A stretch of 64,000 nucleotides of DNA from Pelomyxa schiedti (taxonomy: Eukaryota; Protista; Evosea). The notes under the pieces are model-generated. The model saw only the letters and a program-made list of their open reading frames with translations, ran no database searches and had not been told where the DNA came from. The translations under genes were made by a program, and so were the position numbers. The stretch lies in the NCBI GenBank assembly GCA_020536535.1, contig JAHLWZ010000867.1, forward strand, positions 4,004-68,003, written 5' to 3'. Shown piece by piece: positions 27,583-37,463 of this stretch (positions are counted from its first letter, which is position 1; each line of letters opens with the position of its first letter).

Positions 27583-28384
27583 TCAACATATACAACAATC
27601 ATCCCCTGTTTTGCGTGTGGTATTGCTCTTGGTTGGTTTTGTTGGCTTTGTTGGTTTTCCTGCTTTTGTTGTGGTTGTTGTAGTGCTCTTTGAGGGTGTT
27701 GGCTTTTTTTTTGTTGTGTTGGGTGCTGCCTTGCTTGCTCCCTTTTTGGGTGCACACGAGTGATCATCTGGAAACCGGTGCCTGCAGAAAGTACAGTAAG
27801 TGGGCAGAAATTCCGTTATGAAATACTTCAGGCAAAAGTTCAAGTTGCATTTCGGACAGAGGCAAGAAATGTTCCCGATAGATGTGTTGCACCCAGTAGC
27901 AGCACATTTATGCTGTGCTGGGCGATTTTTACAAGCACCCTGGTCCATGTGCTCCCAAACCTATTACGAACAAGAAAAAGGAAATGAAAGAGGAAAAGGC
28001 CAATTCTTCGTGAATGTTAGGAAGCTAAACGTGTGTGGGAGAGTAAGAAGATCGAAACGAGAAGGAATTCCATACGACTTTATTATGGTCACTATCGGCA
28101 GTAGTCGGCAAAGTGGCCCCACAAGCTGGACAAAAAATAGCAATTTTATTAACCGAGGAAGCAAATTGGCAGTGATGTGCATCACTTGATCTGTTATATT
28201 CTTAACAACGCACAGCACTAACTAAACTGATAAAAACTTCTCGTATAACACGCGAGGGGAAAAAAAAAAACCTGTGGTCGGAACAAAATTGATGGTGGCA
28301 CAGTTCACAAGTGAAAGGAAGATAATCCTGTCTCATGCACGTCTCAACTGCACATCGCGCCCCGATACCACAAAATTCAACCAT
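27583..28384 (-). CDS. AN1-type zinc finger protein (ZFAND2/AIRAP-like) with a C-terminal Cys motif
   Basis: Two AN1 fingers: IGARCAVETCMRQDYLPFTCELCHHQFCSDHR and CAATGC...CPKCNLNFCLKHRFPDDHSC. Ends DDCCIC* (CaaX-like). Confidence 0.85.
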
Positions 28385-28505
28385 CTCTGATTGACTGAGT
28401 TCGCAGAAGTCACACAGAATGAAATGTTTTCTTCTTGTTCTCAAAGGGGTTCTGAACCCCAGTTATTTCAACCTTCACTGCACCCCAGCATAACACCTCT
28501 ACCAA

Positions 28506-29572
28506 TCACAATCCACAACTACAAATTTTTTTTGAACGATACAGCTTCAAGTTAAGAGTTTGATTCTTCGGACCTGGGAAGAAATAAGTATGCTGGTTTC
28601 ATTTTTGATTTTGAACTCACTTTCTATAAGATTGCAGCATGAACTGAGTTGTGCGTTCGAAAACATCTTCGACATGAAAGCCACTTTTTTGTGGGTAAGG
28701 AGACAGAAACGACTTGTTTTTCTCACCTGGCAGCACTGGTTTCACAATATTCCATTCCTTTTAAGAAAATCAGGAAGAAAAGTTGAGAGGGTAAAAGAAA
28801 AACCAAATTGCTTGGCAAAATTACTGGCTTCCTCATAGCTCACTTCTCTTTTGTCAAGATCAGACTTGGTACCCACCAGAATTACGGCAACTCCCTCTTG
28901 GCAGAGGTTTTGCACTTCTGATTGCCAGTGGGGAATGGCTTGAAATGAAGGCCGGCTTTGCACAGTGTTGATCATTATAAGAATCAAGTGTACAATTGGA
29001 ACGACCTGCTTACATCGTAGCACATCAGAATACCTGAAATTACATCAGTGTACAACTGTGGCAATTGCAAGAGGTACCCTTAGAACCCCTGAAATACGCT
29101 CGAACTATTGAACTGAGCCAATTAGTAAATGCACCATGACATTGTATGTGTGTGACTTACCGGAATCTCTCTCTACCAGCAAGGTCCTGGAATGTTATCA
29201 AGAGTGTTGAAAGGGTGGGTTGAGTGAATGTTGATATTCGATTTGTGCACTGTGATTGTTGGATGTATACCCATATTTGCAACTTCACTGATTGCCCCTC
29301 AACACTTAACATTTTACTTGCAAATTCCACACCCACAGTGAGCTCCCTACTTGGTGAGACTGCAGTGTTGTATTTCGTTCGTTAGCAAAAAGGAACTTCC
29401 AGGCGGGGAAAAAAACCGCCCACTCACACGTTTTCTCCACAAATTGTCCCAACAAAGAACTCTTGCCAACTCCACTGTCTCCTGCATCAAAGAATTAAAC
29501 AATCATAAGCAATTATTTGGCAATAAATTGACCAATGATGAGGCACTTAAACACCAGGTAGTCCCCTGCCAT
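28506..29572 (-). CDS. Rab-family small GTPase
   Basis: FKCLIIGDSGVGKSSLL; TVGVEF; VKLQIWDLAGRERFR; YFRG; ILVGTKSDL; C-terminal ICSCGL*. Many short introns. Confidence 0.88.
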
Positions 29573-29869
29573 CACTAAAAAAGTGAAGAAAAAGTTCAAA
29601 GCAGACTTCCACGAGACTCGGCTCTACACCATCTTTTCTTACCCCCAATCATTTGGGTTGATGGGGTTTGCTCAGGCTGAGGTTCAGCATCTCACTTGAG
29701 TTCTGCACAGTGCACTCATTGAGAATCTGGATCTTCTGAATGATCAAGCAGAATCGCACGTATTTTGAAAAGTCTGCAGACTTCCTGGAATGCAAGGAAG
29801 AGGCACACCATTTTAGTTTCGAAACAGAAGTTTCCTAAACCGAAAAAACAACAAGAAAACAACAAACGG

Positions 29870-30922
29870 ATGAGCACCACTGTGCCAGAAACCCTTCCAA
29901 TTCTGCCAACCACATGGGCAAATGGCCCATTACGATTCACTCTAGAACAGAGGGGAATGAAGCTTACGATCCACATTTCTCACAGACCAGATGCCCACGG
30001 TCACCTGGTTGTCGACAACGAGACCGGCGAGACGCTGATGTACGTCCACTTCCCAGACCACGCAGTCTTCAAGGGCGAGGTGTCCAAGGACCTGCACACT
30101 ATAAGTTGGAACAACAACAAGACCGTATGGCAGCACACACCTGAGCCAGTAGTCGAGCCACTACAAGGACGCCTGCAGCCGGTCCAGCTTGGCGCACTGA
30201 CGGCAACCGGGGAGAACCGCGTTGGGTGGAGGTTGGCCTTTGACAGTGTCACAGGGAAAGTGTACCTTGACGAGGAGATAACCCACGAGGGATTGGCCGA
30301 GTACCCGGACATCCAGAGTTTCTACACACAGAAGAACATGAGGCGCTTCAACATAGTGCCTTGCCCAGACTGGTCGTATATCGCCGCCGTGAACGGGTAC
30401 CTTTACTGCAACCTGGATAGGAGTGCCACACTAACAAAGTGCCGCGCCTCGGATGGGAAATTGGTGGCCGCAAGAGAGCTCCCGAATGCCGCGCACTCAA
30501 GCAAGGGAGGATGGAAAGACGAGAAGTGCGATATTTGCTGGTACAGTGACATCGGGAATGTCTTGTATGTGCTCTATGCCGCGGCAGACGACGGCCAAAT
30601 CCGCATTTCGAGGATGGATCCCGAGTCGCTCTGTGTGTTGCAGACATGGGTGGTCCCGCTCGCGAAGAGACAGATGGGCTTCGCGTTTGTTGTGTGTGGC
30701 AAGTTTTACTTGGGCACGCACCCTGGAAAGGACATCGTGGCCACGTACGATACAGTCACTGGAATCTTCGACGACACGTATCGCAACACCCTGCCCACTG
30801 GCGGCCTATACGTGTCTTGCACATGCTGGATCCCCTCCACCAATCAACTCATAGTCTCTGACATCGACCTGCCCCATTTCCCTCGTCGTGTGCGTGTCTT
30901 TGACAACGCCACTGCCCCCTGA
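29870..30922 (+). CDS. Intronless olfactomedin-like (OLF beta-propeller) domain protein
   Basis: AVNGYLYCN...RELPNAA...DICWYSD..NVLYVLYAAADDGQIRISRMDPESLCVLQTW....KRQMGFAFVVCGKFY parallels the OLF consensus (VYNGSLYY..., GLWVIYAT...GNIVVSKLDP.TL.V.QTW, AGNAFMVCGVLY). Confidence 0.72.
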   Translation: MSTTVPETLPILPTTWANGPLRFTLEQRGMKLTIHISHRPDAHGHLVVDNETGETLMYVHFPDHAVFKGEVSKDLHTISWNNNKTVWQHTPEPVVEPLQGRLQPVQLGALTATGENRVGWRLAFDSVTGKVYLDEEITHEGLAEYPDIQSFYTQKNMRRFNIVPCPDWSYIAAVNGYLYCNLDRSATLTKCRASDGKLVAARELPNAAHSSKGGWKDEKCDICWYSDIGNVLYVLYAAADDGQIRISRMDPESLCVLQTWVVPLAKRQMGFAFVVCGKFYLGTHPGKDIVATYDTVTGIFDDTYRNTLPTGGLYVSCTCWIPSTNQLIVSDIDLPHFPRRVRVFDNATAP

Positions 30923-31216
30923 ACCCCGTAGGACACCAATTTGGTGGGTTCAAGACGTTGCAATAACAATTTAAGGGAAAATTTAAAAGAAAACCACATC
31001 AAAAAATTTTGGCGGTATGAACCAGATACCGCTCTCATTAGGAGTCCAATCATGAGGACTCCTTTTCTTCTTGTAACCGTGGTTTTAGGGCGCAGGGAGT
31101 GTATTCGACGACAACTAGTTCATTGGAGTGTTGATGTAGCTACAACATCAAGGTAACAGATTTTCCTTCTTAATTAAAAAGGGAATGTTGTTGTTGAGCG
31201 AGCCAGAAAGCTCCTT

Positions 31217-32755
31217 TTAGTGGTTGGGAAACAAAAAGGGCACGAGGGTGGGATAAATGTCGGGCCAGAAGACATCACCGCTGACGGAGAGGTACTGCAA
31301 CCTGGCTTGTGCACTCAAGACCCCGAGCAATGCTGCCCTGCGGTAAATTGCAAACGCCCTGGATGCATCCTTTTCAACCCCAGCTTGCGGGTCTCCCAGT
31401 TCATATGCTTTGCCCGTAAGTAGGAGCACGGCCGCTCTTCCATTGTCATAAAGCTTGTTGTAATATGCCTCTGCTTTGGCCAAGTCCTTTGGAACGCCTT
31501 CACCATATTCATAGCACAACGCAACATAAGCCGCAGCGGTGAGTTGCCCTGCTTCATCAGCCCTCTTGAAATATGAAAAGGCGAGCTCAGGGTCTTTGTC
31601 AACCAATTTCCCGAACTTTGTCAACAGTCCAAGGCTCTCCAATGCCTCAGGTGAACCCCTCTCTGCTGCGTTCTTGATCTCAACGACTCTCTCGCGGTAG
31701 CAGGAATCGTCGGGCATTTCTTGGCGATTCATGTGAGCAAGATCACTCTTCGCTTCCAAATCTCCCGCGTCAGCAGCTTTCTGAAGCAATTCAACACCTT
31801 TGGCTGGGTCTTTGGGAACTCTGAAACCATTTAAGAAGCGGTTTCCCAGTTTGGTCATTGCTGGTGGATATCCTCCCTTTGCAGAACACTCCAGCAGAGA
31901 CTGTGCCTTCTTCATATCCAGCGGGACATCCTCACCAAGTTCATGCATCTGGGACAGTGTGAACATAGAACTCAGCTCTCCTGAGTCTGCTGCTTGTTGG
32001 AGCCATTCAACTGCTTTTCTGACGTCTTTCTTCACACCATCCCCACGCAGATAATGGTTGCCCAATGTGACCATTGCCTTGAGACTCCCGACATCTGCAG
32101 CCTCCTGATACAGAATCAATGCCTTCGCCGTGTCCTTTGGCACAGCAATCCCATCCAGATAAAAATCAGCGAGGTCGCACTTTGACACAGCATATCCATT
32201 GTTGGCAGCCTTCTCAAACAATTGGAACGCCCTTTGCAAGTCTTTGGCAACTCCCATCCCCAGTTGAAAACAGCGAGCGAGCGTATGAAGTGCCTCGAGT
32301 TTTCCAGCAGCAGCAGCCTTTTCAAGAAGAGGAACAGCTTTTGTTGGGTCTCGTGCAACACCAACACCATCCCAGAAGCACCCTGCGAGATTGAATGTGG
32401 CGCCAACGTGATCGCGAGCAGCGGCGCTCTCAAAACACTTGAAAGCAGCAGCGGGATCCTTTTCCACGCCTTGTCCATCTCGATACATCACGCCGATTGT
32501 GTTGAGGGAGTCAACGTCACCCAAGTCAGAAGCCATCTTGAAGTATTTGAACGCCCTTGCGTGATCGACGGCGACGCCCCATCCCTTGTGCAGGTACGTG
32601 CCCATCTTCTTCATCGCGCTGACGTTGCCAGATTCAGCCTCCGCGATGATCGGTGACAGATCGGGTCTGCGTTTTGACTCGTCACCGCTGTTGTTGTTTC
32701 GGCTCGTTGTTGAGGCCAAGGTAAAGTCGACACTGTTTGTTTTCCTTCCGCTCAT
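31217..32755 (-). CDS. Intronless Sel1-repeat (SLR) protein, copy B
   Basis: 512-aa ORF with about 31 substitutions relative to copy A plus a different C-terminal end (PNH vs PGAF). Confidence 0.93.
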   Translation of the reverse strand: MSGRKTNSVDFTLASTTSRNNNSGDESKRRPDLSPIIAEAESGNVSAMKKMGTYLHKGWGVAVDHARAFKYFKMASDLGDVDSLNTIGVMYRDGQGVEKDPAAAFKCFESAAARDHVGATFNLAGCFWDGVGVARDPTKAVPLLEKAAAAGKLEALHTLARCFQLGMGVAKDLQRAFQLFEKAANNGYAVSKCDLADFYLDGIAVPKDTAKALILYQEAADVGSLKAMVTLGNHYLRGDGVKKDVRKAVEWLQQAADSGELSSMFTLSQMHELGEDVPLDMKKAQSLLECSAKGGYPPAMTKLGNRFLNGFRVPKDPAKGVELLQKAADAGDLEAKSDLAHMNRQEMPDDSCYRERVVEIKNAAERGSPEALESLGLLTKFGKLVDKDPELAFSYFKRADEAGQLTAAAYVALCYEYGEGVPKDLAKAEAYYNKLYDNGRAAVLLLTGKAYELGDPQAGVEKDASRAFAIYRRAALLGVLSAQARLQYLSVSGDVFWPDIYPTLVPFLFPNH

Positions 32756-32924
32756 CTTTTCCTGTGGTTACTTATATAAGTTGCATGCAGTCACCACACA
32801 CACCCTTTGTTGTCGATAAGAAGATTACTGTGACGGCACACACTCTCGAGATCCGCACGCGAGTGTCTTGACGATGGTAGTTTGGAATAAAAAAAAATAC
32901 TGTGACAGATGACACTACTAAAAA
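31227..32924. repeat. Dispersed direct duplication, copy B; carries about 36 extra bp upstream of the ATG relative to copy A
   Basis: Direct comparison with 10871-12531. The extra segment (ataagttgcatgcagtcaccacacacaccctttgttg) lies near 32776-32812. Confidence 0.9.
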
Positions 32925-33096
32925 TATTAGTCATGAAATCTGCATTCCAACTTCTTGTCCTTCCTTCCCTGCTTCTCTCAAGCTCGGGCCGAGCTGAGGG
33001 TTCGGTCTTTGAGCTCTGGACTGAAGCCCAAAACTGGACAATCAAAACCAACTTTTTTCGCTTGAACGATGTTGACAGTCAAATTCCTCCCTGAGA

Positions 33097-34015
33097 ATGA
33101 CTACGCCCAAGGTTGTTGTCTACAACGCTGTGTCGGTGGACGGCAGGCTCGATTGGCTGGCCCCCGACGTCATTGGGCCCTACTACCAGATGGCAGCCAC
33201 GGTCTGGTCCCCGTTCGACGCAGTCCTGACCACCCCTGACACTCTCAACCCCGCCTACGACAAGCAAGTTGGTGCTGCTTCTTCTTCTGAGAGTTCCCCC
33301 GGCGGCAGCAGCAGCAGCACAAGCAACACTGCATGCACGTGTCCCACGGGTGGGGCAGCCTCGGCGGCGGCGGAGTGGAGGCAGGACGACATCCCGTCGG
33401 TTGAAAAGCGGGGCGGGAAGTGCATTCTGGTGATCATGGACAGCAGGGCCAGGATCAGGCACTGGGACCAACTCAAGACTTCGCCGTGGTGGTCCTACAT
33501 TGTGGTGCTGGCTTCAAATAGGGTATGGAAACATCCCCACCTTCCTTTTTTTTTCTTTTTCATAATCAAATGTTGAGTGAATTTGGCAGACACCAGAGGA
33601 GTATAAAGAATTCTTACACCGAAAGAACATTCCTTGCATTGTTACTGGCGAGACTAACGTAGATATCAGAGCGGCACTGATACATCTTAACAGCAGGTTA
33701 TTTCAAATGACCTCACTCTTTATCATTCCTCTTACCTGTCGATTTATTCTCTCGCACTGCAGATTCGGTATCAACAACATAAGGGCAGATTGTGGAGGCA
33801 CTTTGAACGGCGTGCTTTTGCGGTGCAACCTAGTCGACGAAGTCGCGGTTCTGTTCGCGCCAACACTTGTGGGAGGCCAGACACACAGCAGCATCTTCAA
33901 GGCGTCAGATGTCACACAGCAGAGCCAAGTGATGGATCTCACTCTCATTGCAACCACACCCACCGAGAGCGGCCTCGTTTTCCTGCGTTACAAAGTGAAG
34001 CCAAAGTCCAGCTAA
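33097..34015 (+). CDS. RibD C-terminal (pyrimidine reductase/DHFR-like) family protein, prokaryote-like, two introns
   Basis: PKVVVYNAVSVDGRLD; LVIMDSRARI; TPEEYKEFLHRKNIPCIVTGETNVDIRAALIHLNSRFGINNIRADCGGTLNGVLLRCNLVDEVAVLFAPTLVGG; VFLRYKV. Confidence 0.87.
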
Positions 34016-34108
34016 AGGGGTCCCTTGCCCCTTAGGAAGATCAAAAATGAATCGTCTCATCATTTTTCGGATGAAATCGATTGTCACGGACTTCAAAAAA
34101 CGTAAAGA

Positions 34109-36326
34109 ATGTCTACCGAAAGGGGGCCTCTGTTGGTGGAGCCTCTACCGCGTGAGTCCAAGATCTCCTTATCCATTTTGGCTTTCTTAACACAATGTCG
34201 TAGCTCGTAGGAGGTGTTCTGCGAGAAACAACAGGAAATTGCTGTACGCGGGTCTCGTAGTGGCTGCGGCTGCAATTTGTGCCGCTATATGTACGTTACT
34301 TGCGTGTTTTGTCAGTTTTAATTTCTACATTTTAACTCTTAAGTATTCTGTTTATGCAAAAAACAGTGATTGGGCTGGGGCTGGCTTTGACGCAAGAATT
34401 TGTTCTGGAGGATGCAGTTGAAGTCGGTGACATCATGGAGATGTTGAGTGATTTACAAACGATAGCCGATCAGTATGACGGAAAAAGGGATGATTACAGT
34501 GGGTACTCACCCCGGCATATGTGAAAATCATGTAATTTGTGTCCAAGAGGTTATGCTGCTTCAGCGAAGTATGTACTGGATAAATTGAGTGACACCGATT
34601 TGCTTGTCTACACCCAAAATGTGTCCTATGTCCTCTACACTGCTGTATGGGATGAAATGACCTTTGAAGTTTCAACGTCTATGGGTTCTGAAGTCTATGT
34701 TTACTATGACGATTATGAGGTAAATGTGCACGGACCTCTTCAATTTAATTCAAACATTTTAAAAGGCTTTTGAAATGTCCCCAAATGGAACGGTTTCTAA
34801 CACAGCACTGACTTCCATACCCAACTATGGTTGCAACGAGTATGACTTTGATGGTGACTTTTATAGTGCTTATCTGTTTAGAACCAACACTCACAAGGAT
34901 TTGTCAATGGGAATGTTGCCCTGATTCAGCGGGGGAATTGCACATGGGCAGAGAAGATTACACTGGCAGAACAGTGGAGTTTAACTTCAGTTTTCCAAAA
35001 AGTTCACCAATACTAGGCATGGTGCATCCATGGCCCTGATGGTTAATTATCCAGAATACGAAGACCCAGCGTGGTCAACAGTAGAGGAGGGAGTCAGTAT
35101 ACCTATCTTTGGTCTTACCTATGAATTGGGAAAAATGATGTGGCTTTCTTCAAGTTCTATGACCCTCACTGCCACAGTATGTTGTCTTGCCTGTTGCCCG
35201 TGGGGTGATCGTCACTGCAGCTTGTAGCTGAAAGAACATCCATCTTCACTCAAAATGTCATTGCAGAAACAACTAGAGGAAATGAAAACAATACCATTGT
35301 GGTGGGAGCGCATCTTGATTCTTTTATGGTACAGTAGTTCTCTATTTATATGATGTCTCAGTGGCAAAAAGGGTTCTGGTATCAATGATAATGGCAGTGG
35401 AAGTATTACGCTTTTGGAGATGGCTTTGGTCACATCTGAGTCAATGTAGTTTACACCTTTTTTTTAATGTCTTATTTATTCCGCTCCATAAGGAAAAAGT
35501 GGGTTGAAAACAAGATCATTTTTGCCTGGTGGGCAGCAGAAGAACAAGGCTTTTGGGGGTCTGAAAAGTTTGTATCAGAGCTTGGGTCTGTGTCTTACAA
35601 AGTGGCTGTGAACATGAACATGGATATGTTAGGAAGTCCCAATTACATGTTACTTATCTTGGATGGAACGACCGCTTTTACACAGACAGATTACTGCGTA
35701 AATGGCTGTGTGCAATTGCAAGTATATACTATCTCATCCATCTGAGCACTAAAAGTTATTTCTTTTGGCAGAACATGTTCACCGACTACTATGACAGCAA
35801 GGAAATTCCTTATGTGATAGTTGAAATGGAGGCCTGGTCGGACTTTGCTCCATTTATTCAGAACGGGATTCCTGGTTGCGCCACAGATTCCGGAGCAAGT
35901 ATGATGGGTGGAGAGGGGGATTTTTTTTGTTTTTTTGAGTGCCAGACTGATCTGAGACTAGATGAAGTGAAGGGAATATCCGAAAGATCCGAGTTTGGTG
36001 GCCTTGCCAATACCCCGGTAGGTTCACTTTGGTATTTCCTCATTAACCTGTTACCAGGCGGATCCCTGTTACCATACAGAATGTGATACCTATGATAACG
36101 TTTCAGAAGATGTAATGAAAATAACTGGTAAACAATTTCGCGATTACCCTGAGGACTAACAAAAGAAAATAACACAGTTGCTTCCACGTCACACATCCTT
36201 CAAGAGTTGGGTGGCAAAGTAGACCTCCGTGAGTTCCTTCTGGCGGGTACACCCCGTGAAGTTTCACCAACACAAAAAGTAGCACGCCCATACATAAGGA
36301 ACATAAAGAGAAACACTCACAAGTAA
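34109..36326 (+). CDS. M28 family aminopeptidase with PA domain and N-terminal membrane anchor
   Basis: TM: LLYAGLVVAAAAICAAI. PA: GCNEYDF..VALIQRGNCTWAEK. M28 motifs: NVIAET..IVVGAHLDS, GINDNGSGS, WWAAEEQGFWGS, NMDMLGSPNY, SDFAPF, DPCYHTECDT. Confidence 0.9.
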
Positions 36327-36410
36327 TGTGAACTGTAGGTGGTTTTTTTCTTTTTTTATTATTAATTAGACAACGCTTCGCTTCCTCTCTCATGATATCA
36401 CTTTCCAGCT

Positions 36411-36955
36411 TCACGCCAGAAATGAGTCGTAGCCAAATCCGCACCTCTCCAGCATGTTTGCCTGAGTTTCTTTTTTTCTCCTTCCCCTCTTCATTCCACC
36501 ACACCACCACCCTTCTTGTCCACCACGTGTATGTCTACTACGGGAGTACCATCGAGGGCATCCAGGCCCCTGACCCTCATCACGCACCCCTCGACGCTCA
36601 GGATGTGGACCTTTGTGATTGCCAGGTGGTTGGGCCGCATGGGGCTGCCCGTGGTCCAGACGCCCCTCGCGGGCCGGGAGAGGTCGCCCCGCGGGTGGGC
36701 CGTGAGCAGCGGGGGCTGGCCGTGCAGCCCGTGGAGGTAGAACACAACGAGGCAGGTGGCGTAGGCGTCGACGCCCTGCAGCGCGTCCGCGTACTGGTCG
36801 AGGAACGAAATCGTGGCCTCCTGCGACTCGAGGTCCTCGCGCGTGCGGAACCGGGACTCCACAAAGTCGGTGTGTACGTAGCCTATGGGCTGGAGGCGGA
36901 TCACCAGCTCTGGCCCACTGCCGTTGTTGTTGCTGCCTCTGTCCATCCAGTTCAT
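36411..36955 (-). CDS. TsaA/TrmO-like SAM-binding (tRNA m6t6A37 methyltransferase family) single-domain protein
   Basis: LQPIGYVHT; YADALQGVDAY...VVFYLH; AHPRGDLSRPARGVWTTGSPMRPNHLAIT; VRGLDALDGTPVVDI. One probable intron near the 3' end gives ...ANMLERCGFGYDSFLA*. Confidence 0.82.
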
Positions 36956-37463
36956 GCACTAGGTCAAGCTTATCGTTTTTCACTGTGCGGAAAGGAAACT
37001 TGGAACGCGGGAGGGGCAAATTGCGCGGCGACAATTAAAAGATGGGAGTGACTTGATGACAGTGAGTGGTGGTCAGATCAATTGGTACAAATTGAATGGG
37101 CACTTCGGGGAAAAGAAAATGACGAATTTTCGCGTTCCTTTCGTGTTCCTCGAAGAAGCTGATGAGAAAAAACGTTTAGTGAGAGGGAATTCTTGTCTTG
37201 ACATACCGCTCTAACGAATAGAAATTAGATCGAGATGCAAGTTGTTTCGACAATTACACACTACATTCAGACAAGATACCTCCTTCTCGCAGCCAACATG
37301 GCCTCTGATGTATCAAGGCAAAATTGGTTGACCGTGGTATTTTCCCCTGAGTTGTTCTGTTTGTTTAGTGTGAGAACTTTGTATTCTGAAGTCAAAAGCT
37401 CACTGCTCCATGTGGGCAAATCCAAGGATAAAACAAAGGTTATTGTACTTGGGAATTCATAAG

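Noticed and set aside
12531-31227. Idea that the two Sel1 copies bound a composite transposon
   Set aside because: The interval holds intron-rich housekeeping genes (POLD3, UGGT, Rab), with no transposase, TIRs or TSDs.
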